From Candidatus Hydrogenedentota bacterium (GTDB lineage Bacteria; Hydrogenedentota; Hydrogenedentia; Hydrogenedentales; SLHB01): DNA of 64,000 nucleotides. A program made the translations under genes and the position numbers. Positions 31,184 to 41,161 of the stretch are shown piece after piece. A model generated the notes under the pieces. It saw only the letters and a list, made by a program, of their open reading frames with translations. It was not told the DNA's origin and ran no database searches. Location of the stretch: contig CAXXTH010000017.1 of the NCBI GenBank assembly GCA_963668025.2, forward strand, positions 416,001 to 480,000, given 5' to 3'. Each line of letters opens with the position of its first letter. Positions within the stretch are counted from its first letter, which is position 1.

Positions 31184-32251
31184 CTATTCGAGGTGCAGTT
31201 CCACCCGCCGATTCAAGGCGCGGCCTGCGCTGGCCGTGTTGTCGCCCACAGGCTGGGCGGCGCCCACAAGCGTGACGCGAATACGTTCCGCTCCGACGCC
31301 TTGCTCGATAAGCGCCCGCTGAACAGCTTCGGCGCAACGCCTCGCCAGGTCCATGTTGTAGGTTTCCGAGTGGGTGTTGTCCGTGTGCCCGGCGACGTTC
31401 AGGCGAAGAGCGGGAGCCGCCGAGAGCAATAAAGCCGCGCCGCGCAGATAGCCGCGCTGGTCCGCTGTCAGCGTCGCGCTGCCTTCCGCGAAATATACCG
31501 GGCTGAGTTCCGGATAAGCGTCCGGCGCGCCGTCGTCATCCATCCACCGGTTCACCGTCTCGGGTTCATTCGGCGCTCTATCCAGCATGTCAGGGATGTT
31601 GTCGCCATCGTTATCGAGGTCAGGCGCGCCGTCCTCGTCTTGAAAACCATCCGTATCTTCGGGCGTAAATGGCGCGCCATCCGCCAAATCAACAATGCTG
31701 TCCGTATCAGCGTCTTGTTTATCGAGGCTGTCCATGGCCTGGGTGGCGTTTGTGATGGATTGCGCCGCTATGCGCCACGAGCCGCGCTTACCCAATTCCT
31801 GTTTTGCCTGGCTCATCCAAGCAGTGATATCGGCGTACGCCACCGGAGCCACCACAACGGCTTTTTCGGGTAAAATGCCGCTGTACCGCTGCTGGGCCTG
31901 CTCGAAAGCAGCTTGGCATTCGGCCTGGCTCGCGCATGTAGCGGGAGGCGCGGCTTCCACGGGCGCATCGCCCAGGGCCGCCGCCGCATGCTGTAACGCC
32001 ATAATGGAATAGCTTTGCTTATTGCGGCCCTTTGCCTGGCGGGCCAGATCGAGGTAGCGCTCGGCGGCGGCGCACTCGAACGGTTCGCGCGTGGATGCGC
32101 CCGTGCGCCGCGCCTGGTCCACTGCGGCCATGGCCTGTTCGAGTTCGGTGCGTTTATCTCCAGCCGATTGCTTTCTTGGAGCCGTTTGGCAGCCCGCCAA
32201 TACAAAAATGAGTGCAAGGGCAAAGAACACCAGACGCCAGCGCGGAATCAT
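31184..32251 (-). CDS. OmpA-family lipoprotein with acidic Ca-binding (TSP3-like) repeats
   Basis: Lipobox LAGC, EDTDGFQDEDGAPDLDNDGD repeats, GHTD and NRRVE. Confidence 0.88.
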   Translation of the reverse strand: MIPRWRLVFFALALIFVLAGCQTAPRKQSAGDKRTELEQAMAAVDQARRTGASTREPFECAAAERYLDLARQAKGRNKQSYSIMALQHAAAALGDAPVEAAPPATCASQAECQAAFEQAQQRYSGILPEKAVVVAPVAYADITAWMSQAKQELGKRGSWRIAAQSITNATQAMDSLDKQDADTDSIVDLADGAPFTPEDTDGFQDEDGAPDLDNDGDNIPDMLDRAPNEPETVNRWMDDDGAPDAYPELSPVYFAEGSATLTADQRGYLRGAALLLSAAPALRLNVAGHTDNTHSETYNMDLARRCAEAVQRALIEQGVGAERIRVTLVGAAQPVGDNTASAGRALNRRVELHLE

Positions 32252-32479
32252 AGCGGCGCTCCTCCTTCCAGGTTACAGATTTCATGGATTAACTTGCCAG
32301 AAATGCTCTTTATTTGGCAATTCGTGACACACCCCGGTGCCGCCACCTCCGCAGCCCTACAATGTACTATCCAACAGAACGTCCAATAGTTTCACGGGGC
32401 GTCTGCTATTTATCGAAAAGGCCAGCCTCCGCGCATCATGGCGCGGAGGCTGGCCTATGCGGGCATATGCCGCCAATGC

Positions 32480-33511
32480 TTATTTGTACTTCGCCTTGAT
32501 GCTCAAACCTTTTTTGGCGCTCTTGCAGGCGAGGTCAAGGATATGAATCGGGCGGCGCGCCCATTCCGGCGTAATGACCAGCTCTTCACCCTTGGCCAGG
32601 TGATCGGCGACATTCTGATAGAAACGCCAGCCTTCCGAGGCCGGATTGCTGCCGTGCTGGATGTTTGCGCCTTCCGTGGTTTGAGTGATCAGTTCCCACG
32701 CGCCATAGTCGAACAAGTAGGAACCTTTCGTACCCGTCACTTCCACCCATTTACGTTTGGGATTGGAATCAATGCTCGAAATTGTCAAAGCCAGCCATTT
32801 GCCGTTCGTGAAACGCGCCACCGCGAAGCCTTCGTCTTCATTGGTGTCATTTTTCCACGCGGTTTGTTCGGCCCAATACCCGTTCTTCGCATAGCCAGAC
32901 ACTTCGGCGAGATTGGAATCGATGATCTGGAGGCTATACTCGAGGAGGTGGACACCCCAATCGTATAGGACGCCGCCCGAGATGGATTTGCTCGTACGCC
33001 ACCAATCGCCCGGCTTCCCATAGCCGCTCATATGCGCTTCGATACGGACAACATCCCCGATGACGCCCGAGCGGATTTTTTCGACGGCCTTCATGATGCA
33101 GCCGTCCCAATGCCGGTTGTGGTACGTCGAGAGCATAACCTTATTTTTCTTTGCCGCGGTGATCATCGCATCACACTCTTCCGTGGTGATGGCGAGCGGC
33201 TTCTCACACACGACATGCTTGCCCACGTTAAGGCATTGAAGCGCCAGCTTGGCGTGGGTGTTATGCGGCGTGATGATCGTCACGAGGCTGGCATCCGACT
33301 TTTTCAGCATCGTGGCCACGCTCTTGAACGTTTGGATGCCGGGAAAATCCTGTTCCGCTGTTTCGAGGCGCTTTTCATCAAGGTCCGAAACAGCCACCGG
33401 CGTCATGCCCGCTTTCTTCATCTCATTGAGGTGGGCCCGGCCCATGTTGAATGCGCCGCCATATCCGATCACGCCAACTTTGATCTCTTCCGCTTTCTCG
33501 AATCGTTTCAT
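32480..33511 (-). CDS. Gfo/Idh/MocA oxidoreductase
   Basis: VGVIGYG, HVVCEKP, YHNRHWD and GGVLYDWGVH motifs. Confidence 0.93.
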   Translation of the reverse strand: MKRFEKAEEIKVGVIGYGGAFNMGRAHLNEMKKAGMTPVAVSDLDEKRLETAEQDFPGIQTFKSVATMLKKSDASLVTIITPHNTHAKLALQCLNVGKHVVCEKPLAITTEECDAMITAAKKNKVMLSTYHNRHWDGCIMKAVEKIRSGVIGDVVRIEAHMSGYGKPGDWWRTSKSISGGVLYDWGVHLLEYSLQIIDSNLAEVSGYAKNGYWAEQTAWKNDTNEDEGFAVARFTNGKWLALTISSIDSNPKRKWVEVTGTKGSYLFDYGAWELITQTTEGANIQHGSNPASEGWRFYQNVADHLAKGEELVITPEWARRPIHILDLACKSAKKGLSIKAKYK

Positions 33512-33655
33512 GACTCATCTTCCCCTGGTTCTGTTCTGCTATTTCCGCACATGATGATAGCCCCTTCACCTAAGCATTACGGTACCCCTTTGAGGATCGA
33601 TGATCAAGGCAGTGGGCATTGCAGTAGCTGGGAGAACCTTGATACGATCATACTT

Positions 33656-35467
33656 ATGATTTATCTACGACTCTTGTTTTGCAAACCCAAAGTGATGGCT
33701 GTGTGCATACTCGCGCTCGCCCTGGCCGTGCATGGGCGCGTGCTGGTGGCGGGTTTGGTCAATTATGACGACGGTTTCTTCCTGGCGGACAACAGCCTGG
33801 TGCAACAGGGCCTTTCGCTGGATGGCGCGCGCCAAGCTTTCATGGAAGCCAGGGCGAGTTATATCCCGCTTACCACGCTCACGTATATGGCCACGTGCGA
33901 ATTCTTCGGAATGCATCCGTCAGCCCATCACGCCGTGAACTGGCTGCTCCATGGCCTCAACGCCGCCTTGCTGTTCCTCTGGCTTTACGGCGCGACGGGC
34001 CGCCGGTGGCCTAGCGCGCTCGCGGCAGCGCTGTTCGCTATCCACCCCGTTCATGTCGAACCGGTGGCTTGGATATCCAGCCGGAAGGATGTGTTAAGCA
34101 CATGCTTCTTGTTACTGGCGCTTCTCGCCTATACGCGCTATGCGCGTAAGCCGCGATTCTCCGCGTATCTGCTCATGGCTTTCCTTTATCTGTGCAGTCT
34201 TCTTTCGAAGCCCATGATGCTGTCTTTTCCATTCCTGCTGTTATTGCTCGATTATTGGCCCCTGAACCGCGCGGCGGCAGGCGGATGGATGTGGCGGCGG
34301 GCGGCATGGCTGGTGTTGGAAAAAGCGCCGCTGGCGGTGGTGGCGGCGGGCTGGGTGGCGCTGACATATTGGGCGCAGCGGGATGCGGGGGCCATGGGGG
34401 AGGCTATGCCTGTATTGGCCCGCATGGGCAATGGTTTGGCGGCATATGTGCGCTATATTGGATTGATGTGCTGGCCAGCCGGCCTCTCGCCGTTTTATCC
34501 GCATCTTGGGGCCAGCTTGCCAGCGGCATGGATAGGGGGGGCGGCGGCCCTTTTGGGCGCAACCACCGTGGCCTCGCTGCTTCTGGCCCGGCGATTCCCT
34601 TTTTTGCTGGTGGGCTGGTGTTGGTATCTGGCGGCGCTGCTGCCCGTCAGCGGCATTTTAGTGCAAGTGGGCGCCCAGTCCATGGCGCTCCGCTATTTGT
34701 ATGTGCCCGCGTTGGGATTGTATCTGGCGGCGGCGTGGGGAATAGCGGCCCTTGCGCGGCGCTCGCGCGGCGGGCGCATTGGCGTGGGGATTCTGCTGGC
34801 GGCGGCCATGCCTGTATTGGCTGCGCTCGCCTGGCAAAATACGGGGTATTGGAAGAACAGCGTGGCGCTGTGGAGCCACGCAGTAACGTTAGAGCCGGAC
34901 AATTACATGGCCCAGAACAGCCTGGGCGAAGCGCTTATCCAGGCCGGGCGGCCCGGCGAAGCCGTTCCGCATGTCAGGCGCGCCCTAGATGGCCAGCCGA
35001 AACTGCTGAACGCCAACAACAACATGGGCATGGCGCTGGCCGAATTGGGGCGGAGCCGTGAGGCGATTCCGTATTACCAGAAAGAGTTGGAATACAATCC
35101 CCGGCATGCGAAAGCGCTCAACAATCTCGGGAACGCCTGCCTCGGGATGGGCGATTCCGCAACCGCCGTGGCTTATTTCCGGCGCGCCTTGTCTATCGAA
35201 CCCGCGCTGTCGGACGCCCGGGTGAACATGGGCGCTGCGCTGGTTTTCCAAGGCGATTTCGATGGCGCCATCACCTGCCTGCGCCAAGCCATCCACGAGG
35301 TTCCGAATAACGCCATGGCGCGCACCAATTTGGCGGTTGCCTATCTTGGAAAGGGCATGCTTGCCGAAGCGGAGCATGAGGCGAAGGAAGCGCTGCGGCT
35401 CGAACCGTCCTATGAGAAAGCAAATGCGCTGCTGGCGCACCTTCGCGGCATGGCCGCCGCGCCTTAA
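33656..35467 (+). CDS. TMTC-like membrane glycosyltransferase with C-terminal TPR repeats
   Basis: NYDD, FAIHPVHVEPVAWISSRKD, LLSKP, EKAP and RYLYVP, followed by TPRs. The ORF-track N-terminal extension is antisense to the Gfo gene. Confidence 0.85.
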   Translation: MIYLRLLFCKPKVMAVCILALALAVHGRVLVAGLVNYDDGFFLADNSLVQQGLSLDGARQAFMEARASYIPLTTLTYMATCEFFGMHPSAHHAVNWLLHGLNAALLFLWLYGATGRRWPSALAAALFAIHPVHVEPVAWISSRKDVLSTCFLLLALLAYTRYARKPRFSAYLLMAFLYLCSLLSKPMMLSFPFLLLLLDYWPLNRAAAGGWMWRRAAWLVLEKAPLAVVAAGWVALTYWAQRDAGAMGEAMPVLARMGNGLAAYVRYIGLMCWPAGLSPFYPHLGASLPAAWIGGAAALLGATTVASLLLARRFPFLLVGWCWYLAALLPVSGILVQVGAQSMALRYLYVPALGLYLAAAWGIAALARRSRGGRIGVGILLAAAMPVLAALAWQNTGYWKNSVALWSHAVTLEPDNYMAQNSLGEALIQAGRPGEAVPHVRRALDGQPKLLNANNNMGMALAELGRSREAIPYYQKELEYNPRHAKALNNLGNACLGMGDSATAVAYFRRALSIEPALSDARVNMGAALVFQGDFDGAITCLRQAIHEVPNNAMARTNLAVAYLGKGMLAEAEHEAKEALRLEPSYEKANALLAHLRGMAAAP

Positions 35468-35471
35468 TCCG

Positions 35472-35624
35472 TCAGCCCGCTTTCTTGATTAGGTCGTTAA
35501 TCTCGGCGCGGATCTGCTTGGCCACATCCTTGCGCGTATTGTCCGGAATTTTATAGTGCTGCGTCTGTTCCAGCAGTTCGATGGTCCGCATGGCCACTTG
35601 GTGGGCGAAATCCTGCACTTTCAT
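35472..35624 (-). CDS. 50-aa hypothetical protein (not in the ORF track)
   Basis: AAGGA RBS. MKVQDFAHQVAMRTIELLEQTQHYKIPDNTRKDVAKQIRAEINDLIKKAG*, with host-like codon usage. Confidence 0.7.
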   Translation of the reverse strand: MKVQDFAHQVAMRTIELLEQTQHYKIPDNTRKDVAKQIRAEINDLIKKAG

Positions 35625-35641
35625 CTCGATATCCTTTTGGC

Positions 35642-35842
35642 CTACAGCTTGAACAGGCTCCCGTTGCTTTCAATGCGCAGCCGGATCGAGCGTTCTTCGC
35701 CTTGTTTGGTAATTCCTTCTATCTGAAGGCCCCACGAGTTATTTTCCAAGCGCTGGGCCAATAACCGGTTCACTTTGCGGAAATGCTCCATTTCCCGCGC
35801 ATGGCTGATACCCATTTGGATGATCTGGACTTCATTCATCAT
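35642..35842 (-). CDS. About 66-aa hypothetical protein
   Basis: MMNEVQIIQMG...RSIRLRIESNGSLFKL*. Ends 17 bp upstream of the 50-aa ORF on the same strand. Confidence 0.6.
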   Translation of the reverse strand: MMNEVQIIQMGISHAREMEHFRKVNRLLAQRLENNSWGLQIEGITKQGEERSIRLRIESNGSLFKL

Positions 35843-36014
35843 CGAGCCGATTCCCAATCCGGACGCGCTGGCCGCATCCCACTTCGGAACGCCCGGCGGC
35901 ATGATGCGCTGTCATGCGCTTTTCCCCGCCGGACGAATGCTCCGAAAAATCACTGTCTGTATGGCCGCCCCGGCCCCACAAATTCCCAGCGGAGGCGATG
36001 CCTTAGCTTTCCTT

Positions 36015-36042
36015 ATTCTACTGGCTTCCCTGAAAATGTCAA
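36015..36042 (-). promoter_or_regulatory. Sigma70-type promoter, leftward
   Basis: TTGACA-16 nt-TAGAAT on the minus strand. Confidence 0.65.
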
Positions 36043-36251
36043 AAGCGCCTTTCTTGCCGCTGGGGCCGCGCCGAAGGAGCTGTTCCCTTATTTACCTTCG
36101 AAAAAGCTGGAGGGCCTTCTTTTTTGAAGAGATTGTATAGCTTGTCATAGGGTTAATTCTACCGTGAAGGCCCAAGCAGACGGAATGCGCGGATAGGTGA
36201 AACAAATGAGCCTTATGTGGAAAAACAAGTCCTGGCTAGCAAGCATCATTG

Positions 36252-36280
36252 TTGACACTATGGTATAAACTGAGTAACAT
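36252..36280 (+). promoter_or_regulatory. Sigma70-type promoter, rightward
   Basis: TTGACA-17 nt-TAACAT. Confidence 0.65.
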
Positions 36281-36400
36281 AAAGCTCGCATCATACCGGG
36301 AATGTGTGGTGCAGATAGATGAGAACGGAATAAAAAAATTCCGCTCTCATAATATCTTGGGGATGTAACACAAGCAACACACTGCTAGAAGGAGAGAACA

Positions 36401-36526
36401 ATGGAAAAGGATATGGCAGGCTTTATTACGGATCCGAGCGACTTTCTTTTCTGGATTTGGTGGCTCTTTTTCCCGATCACCATTCCGGTAACGGTCATTT
36501 GGTGGCTGGTTGACTCCGTCTTCTAA
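36401..36526 (+). CDS. 41-aa Trp-rich membrane peptide (not in the ORF track)
   Basis: RBS GAAGGAG. MEKDMAGFITDPSDFLFWIWWLFFPITIPVTVIWWLVDSVF*. Flanked by a promoter and a terminator. Confidence 0.75.
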   Translation: MEKDMAGFITDPSDFLFWIWWLFFPITIPVTVIWWLVDSVF

Positions 36527-36550
36527 GCCAATTACCCATTTTTTGAGGAG

Positions 36551-36582
36551 CAGGTGGAACGCAGCCGTTCCACCTGTTTTTT
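36551..36582 (+). terminator. Rho-independent terminator
   Basis: CAGGTGGAACG-CAGC-CGTTCCACCTG-TTTTTT. Confidence 0.88.
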
Positions 36583-36721
36583 GTAATACTTTAGCCGCCT
36601 GAAGTAGCATCTTATATTTGGAGGCCTTGTTTATTCCTTTTCGCCGGCCTTGATTCGTCATTTTGCATCTGACGACCGGCGTCCTCGACGGTCATTCTTC
36701 ACCACTTGGCCAAAGTGTTAC
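36583..36721. repeat. MITE-like element, complete copy (139 bp)
   Basis: Ends GTAATACTTTAGCC and GGCCAAAGTGTTAC (12/14 inverted match). Related copies at 2908, 36955-36986 (right end only) and 56288. Confidence 0.75.
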
Positions 36722-36806
36722 AAAAAATCTTGTTTCATCCTGTAAATCATAGCTAAAAAAACCGCCCTGCTCGGAGATTTACCTTCTTGGTTGTGTTGAG
36801 TCATTT

Positions 36807-36939
36807 TCAACGCAGAGGCGCGAAGAACGCAAAGTATCGCAGAGATCCACTTTTCTCTATTCTCGAATGTGCGAATAAGCGGTTCGAGAGTATTTTCTCT
36901 ACTCTGCGGCTCTCTGCATTCTCCGCGCCTCTGCGTTGA
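36807..36939. repeat. Long REP-like inverted repeat
   Basis: TCAACGCAGAGGCGCG.AGAA.GCA.AG ... CTCTGCATTCTCCGCGCCTCTGCGTTGA. Confidence 0.7.
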
Positions 36940-37050
36940 TAATAACCGTCCGCCGGCCGTTCTTCACCACTGGGTTAAATTGTTACTGTTTTTTCATACG
37001 CCCGGCGGAGCGCGGGCATGAGTCCGCTCCGCCAAACCCGAAGCATATCG

Positions 37051-38484
37051 CTATGCCGCTTTGGAGCGGTTGCTTTCGTGTAAGCCAATCGTAATCCACA
37101 TGATGCGGGCCAGCGTGCGAAACGGCAAGGCGGGATTCATTAGCTCGACAGGACGCACCCGCACGGGAATGCTATCGCGCGCCACATAACTGCACGCCAC
37201 CGCCGCCCCGGCGCCGCCTACGGCGGAAATGAGAAAGCACAGCCTGAAACCCTGAATGCCCCAATACTCGATAGCGATCCCCACCAGTATCGGGACAATG
37301 AACGCTACTATGGAATTGACGATGGTCCATGTCGAGGTATAGGCCACCTTGCCATTCTCTTTCACGAAACTCAGCACCGCCCGGAAGCTCACGACAAAGA
37401 AAGCGGCGCCAAACATGGTCGCCAAAACGATGCATAGGGGAACCGCCCACATGAGCCACGGCGCGCCCGGCCATAACAAGAGGAAACAAAACGCCACCAG
37501 GCTGTGGCCGGTGAGGGTGTTGAATAAGGCGCGGCCGCTGCCGCTATGGTCCGCATACCGCCCCCAAAAGCGCACCGTCAATAAAACGCCTAAACTGCCC
37601 GCCGCTGTCATGTACATAATTTGCTCGGCGGGAAAGTGGAGCACATCGCGGAGATATAGAATAACGGCGGAGCCCAGCCACGAGAGGCAGCCTACGCACA
37701 GGCCCGAGGTCAGGAAAAACCGGCGAAATGGCTTATCCGTGATGGCGTCACGATAACCGGCAAAGCTTGCGAGGGCGCTCTCCGCCGTTTCGGGGCGTTT
37801 GCCGCCAGGAATGCGGCAGAGCCTATAGACGCTGGCCAGCCCCCCCACGACTCCTACGGCGTAAATGATCATATACGGGGTAAGGGTCTCCGAGTGGCGC
37901 AGCAGAAGGGCCTGGCCCAGAATAACCAGCACATTAATGATATGGGCTACGCCCGCTTCGGTGCTAAAATACGCGCCGCGCTGCCGTTCGGATACGATCT
38001 CATGCAGCCAAGGAAAGTAGCCGCCCGAGCCAAGCGCGCCTACGCAGGCAAACAGCAACGCTTCTCCCAGTAACAGCCCCCATTGGGCATGCACGCCCCA
38101 TGTGGCTCCCACCCAAGGCAGCAGAAGGACAACCGCGGCAATCACGGTCCGTGCGAGCCAAGCAGACATCATGAGCTGCTTCGAGCCATAACGGCTGACC
38201 AGCGGCACGGACAGCACCACCATCAGCCCCGCAAAGGCCGGGAATGAAATCAGCACGCCGACCCAGGCGGACGGCATGCCGATGCCGCGCGCCAGCAACA
38301 ACAACGCGGGCCCCAGCACGCACTGGTAGGCGGTCATATTGAAAACGACAAACCACATGACCTTGCGCGGGCCGGGTTCGAGTTCGCGCACGCTGCCTAT
38401 CAAGGGGATTAATCGTTCGGTTCGTTCAAGTAACGTATGCTGTTTTCGGCTTGCAGCGCCCGCCAGGCGCTCTCTAGGTGCCAT
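37051..38484 (-). CDS. MFS transporter
   Basis: About 12 hydrophobic segments, with SRYGSK, RQRGAYFS and WGRYADHSGS loop motifs. The start is uncertain. Confidence 0.85.
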   Translation of the reverse strand: MAPRERLAGAASRKQHTLLERTERLIPLIGSVRELEPGPRKVMWFVVFNMTAYQCVLGPALLLLARGIGMPSAWVGVLISFPAFAGLMVVLSVPLVSRYGSKQLMMSAWLARTVIAAVVLLLPWVGATWGVHAQWGLLLGEALLFACVGALGSGGYFPWLHEIVSERQRGAYFSTEAGVAHIINVLVILGQALLLRHSETLTPYMIIYAVGVVGGLASVYRLCRIPGGKRPETAESALASFAGYRDAITDKPFRRFFLTSGLCVGCLSWLGSAVILYLRDVLHFPAEQIMYMTAAGSLGVLLTVRFWGRYADHSGSGRALFNTLTGHSLVAFCFLLLWPGAPWLMWAVPLCIVLATMFGAAFFVVSFRAVLSFVKENGKVAYTSTWTIVNSIVAFIVPILVGIAIEYWGIQGFRLCFLISAVGGAGAAVACSYVARDSIPVRVRPVELMNPALPFRTLARIMWITIGLHESNRSKAA

Positions 38485-39027
38485 ACCGCCTCTTGCTTGT
38501 CCCGTATTGCAGCGCATCCGTTGCGTTCATTGTTTTTGGAAACGCATCACGCGATGCGCCCCGGCCAGCCTCATTGGTATGTATTAAGAAACGTAACATT
38601 CCTCGATAGTGATTATATGCCTTCTTTAATACGGAACTGCGGCGGCGGCATTAAGACTACCGAATGGGCCGTCTCGAACGTTTGTTTCTTACTCTAATAC
38701 TCAGTGGCGTTTTATTTGTTCCATGGAATAGGGCGGCTTGCCGGAATTCCGTGAATTGAGGCGAGGTTATAGCACGTTAGTGGATGGCCGGGCAACGAAA
38801 TAGCCAATACTTTTTTTTGGCAGGATAACGCTTGCCTCACCATTCAAGGCGGCAGGCAATGTGAAGCAGAGCAAAGACCCCTCCATTAATCCATTTTCAG
38901 AGCCAATGCGCCCGGCCCGCATCCAGGCAACGGGCAGCCGGTTAGCACGACAAAACGGGCTAACTGGGATAGGGCTCCGGGCATGGCGGCCGAAGCCTAT
39001 TCAATAGCTGCTATTACATTATATGCG

Positions 39028-39330
39028 TTACACAATGGTAAATAGCGTATGCAAATTTAGCTCCATAAAGAGCTGGCGGATGGCCGTCGAGGGATTCTCG
39101 ATGCGAATGGAGCCGCCATTAATGGCGAGGTCTTTATAAAAGAGTAATAATTTGCCAATGCCGGCGCTTCCGATGTGCGAGACATTGCTGAAATCGAGCA
39201 CGACTTCTTTTGTTTGAGTAAGATCCAGGGAGCGGAAATGCTCCTTGAGCTGGGCCGCTCCGGATTCATCAATGTGGCCTGAGATCACAAACTGGGCGCA
39301 TGTCCCTGTCGTGCTTAGCTTGAGGTCCAT
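39028..39330 (-). CDS. STAS-domain anti-sigma factor antagonist
   Basis: ISGHID, VVLDFSNVSHIGSAGIGKLL; 100 aa. Confidence 0.9.
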   Translation of the reverse strand: MDLKLSTTGTCAQFVISGHIDESGAAQLKEHFRSLDLTQTKEVVLDFSNVSHIGSAGIGKLLLFYKDLAINGGSIRIENPSTAIRQLFMELNLHTLFTIV

Positions 39331-39353
39331 GGAACTCTCCCTTCTAGGTTGTC

Positions 39354-41078
39354 CTATTCCCATAGATTCAGCGGCCGTTTGAGGCGCCGGCCGCTGGCGC
39401 TTGCACTATACCGGCCGAAAGACGCCACCATGTGGTTTCCCCGGCCATACCAGCTCACGTCATCCGCGAACAGGCGCATCATGAATATGCCGCGCCCCGA
39501 TTCTTTAACGACATTTTCGGGCAATGTGGGATCGGGTGCCTGTTCAAATTGGAATCCGGAGCCTTCATCCACGATTTCAAACCGAAAATCATTGCCGCAC
39601 CACCAGCGCAGGGCAATGGCCCGCTCGGGATTCGATTCATTGCCATGGCGCCAGGCGTTCAGCGCTGCTTCATCGAGCGCCATGCGCAGCCTGCTGGAGT
39701 CGATAGCCATTCCCCATCGAGCGGCGTCTTGGAGCATCCGTTCCACGGTTTCTTGGAGGAGGCTCCCAAAATGGCATTCGTCTGCTGGATGCCAAATACA
39801 CTCTTGCTGGTCCATGGGCTGTTCGAACTCGAAACCGGCAATGGTCACATCGTCCGGTGACGTATTGGCTCCGCCAGGGGCCACCTCGAGCCCACAATTC
39901 CGGGCAATCTCCGCAAGCACTATCCGCATAATAACACATATCGGGATTTGATGATCGCCAGCGAGCCGTTCGATCTGTTTCTTCAAGTCATTGGTCGTAA
40001 TGGCCGGATGGCCGGACGCAATGGGCATTTCCACCAGCCCATCGGTATAGAGCAACACTTGATCGCCCGGTTCGAGGACAATCGAGCGGGCGGTATAATT
40101 CACCTCGGGCAGCGCGCCCAGGGGAAGGTTGCGCCCACCTTCTGGCGTTCCGGGCAACGCGATGGCGCTGCCGCCTCGGATCAGGATGCAAGGAGGATGG
40201 CCAGCGGAAGCATAACGCATTTCCCGTGTTTCGTGGTCGATATCGAGCACGATAGCCGTGAAGAAATCTTCTTCTAGAAACGCGTCCGAGGCGTATATGG
40301 CGTGGTTCAATGCGCCGAGTGCTTGTTCAATGCCTCGATGGGCGTCGCGCAGGAGGGCGTTATGGAAAAGGTCGGTAATGATGCTGCGCAGGATGCAGCT
40401 CACTTCGTGGCCCGATTGGTCTTTGAGGGCCATGATCGTTCTTTTATGGCCCGTGCCGGGCTCCCGTATCGTGCGGGCAAAAAAATGGTCGCCTCCTTCC
40501 GCATAACAGGGCATGGACAGCGCCTCCAGGAACAGCGCGCTTTTGGAGTCCAGTTCGATGTAGCGCGGCGTAGCGCCATTTACGAGGTGCAACACGCGCT
40601 TCGCAAGATCGATGCTCACTTCCTGGCGCTTTTGGATTCGTTCACGCTCCGCTACTTCGGCTTTGAGCTGGGTATTGATGGCGAGAATAAGATCCCGGCT
40701 GCGTTTGAGCTCGATGTGGGTGCGGACGCGGGCCAGAAGCTCCGCGGAATTGAAGGGCTTGGAGACATAATCGACCGCCCCAAGCTGGATGCCGCGCACG
40801 ACATCGCGCTTATCGCTCAATCCCGTGAGAAAAATAATGGGCACGTCCCGGGTGGCGTCTTTTTGTTTCAGCCGCTGGCATACCTCGAAGCCGTCCATTT
40901 CCGGCATCATGACATCAAGCAGCACCAGTTCCGGGATGCGGCGCAGGACTTGTTCGAGGGCTTCCTGGCCGCTGGCGGCCAGGACCGTCTCATAACCGGC
41001 TTCGGCCAGTTCATCGGCCAATAATGTCCGGCTCACGGGGTCGTCATCAACGATCAAGATAGCCCCGATGTTTTCCAT
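39354..41078 (-). CDS. Receiver - SpoIIE/PP2C phosphatase - RsbW-like HATPase fusion
   Basis: LLDVMMP and KPF (receiver). GGD, DQSGH, SAGH, LYTDGL and DDVT (PP2C). EAALNAWRHGN, DEGSGF and SGRGIF (HATPase). Confidence 0.9.
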   Translation of the reverse strand: MENIGAILIVDDDPVSRTLLADELAEAGYETVLAASGQEALEQVLRRIPELVLLDVMMPEMDGFEVCQRLKQKDATRDVPIIFLTGLSDKRDVVRGIQLGAVDYVSKPFNSAELLARVRTHIELKRSRDLILAINTQLKAEVAERERIQKRQEVSIDLAKRVLHLVNGATPRYIELDSKSALFLEALSMPCYAEGGDHFFARTIREPGTGHKRTIMALKDQSGHEVSCILRSIITDLFHNALLRDAHRGIEQALGALNHAIYASDAFLEEDFFTAIVLDIDHETREMRYASAGHPPCILIRGGSAIALPGTPEGGRNLPLGALPEVNYTARSIVLEPGDQVLLYTDGLVEMPIASGHPAITTNDLKKQIERLAGDHQIPICVIMRIVLAEIARNCGLEVAPGGANTSPDDVTIAGFEFEQPMDQQECIWHPADECHFGSLLQETVERMLQDAARWGMAIDSSRLRMALDEAALNAWRHGNESNPERAIALRWWCGNDFRFEIVDEGSGFQFEQAPDPTLPENVVKESGRGIFMMRLFADDVSWYGRGNHMVASFGRYSASASGRRLKRPLNLWE

Positions 41079-41161
41079 ATTGCCTGTTTCCACCGCATAG
41101 GCCTCCCGTGGAAGCATCTGTTTTAAATGGAGCCGCATGCCCTCGTATGGCGAGGCATGTA

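Noticed and set aside
33032-33655. N-terminal extension of the 811-aa TPR ORF
   Set aside because: It lies antisense to the Gfo/Idh/MocA gene. Family motifs begin only after about 33656.
36347-36661. Minus-strand 104-aa ORF
   Set aside because: It is antisense to the peptide unit that has a promoter, RBS and terminator, and it starts inside a MITE.
36583-36990. Repeat cluster as a CRISPR array
   Set aside because: The repeats are inverted and heterogeneous, with no regular repeat-spacer period and no cas genes.
38490-39027. Long intergenic region as an ncRNA or riboswitch
   Set aside because: Only one hairpin (about 38938-38967, a plausible terminator) was seen, with no recognisable RNA motif or convincing ORF. 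An Rfam scan would be needed.
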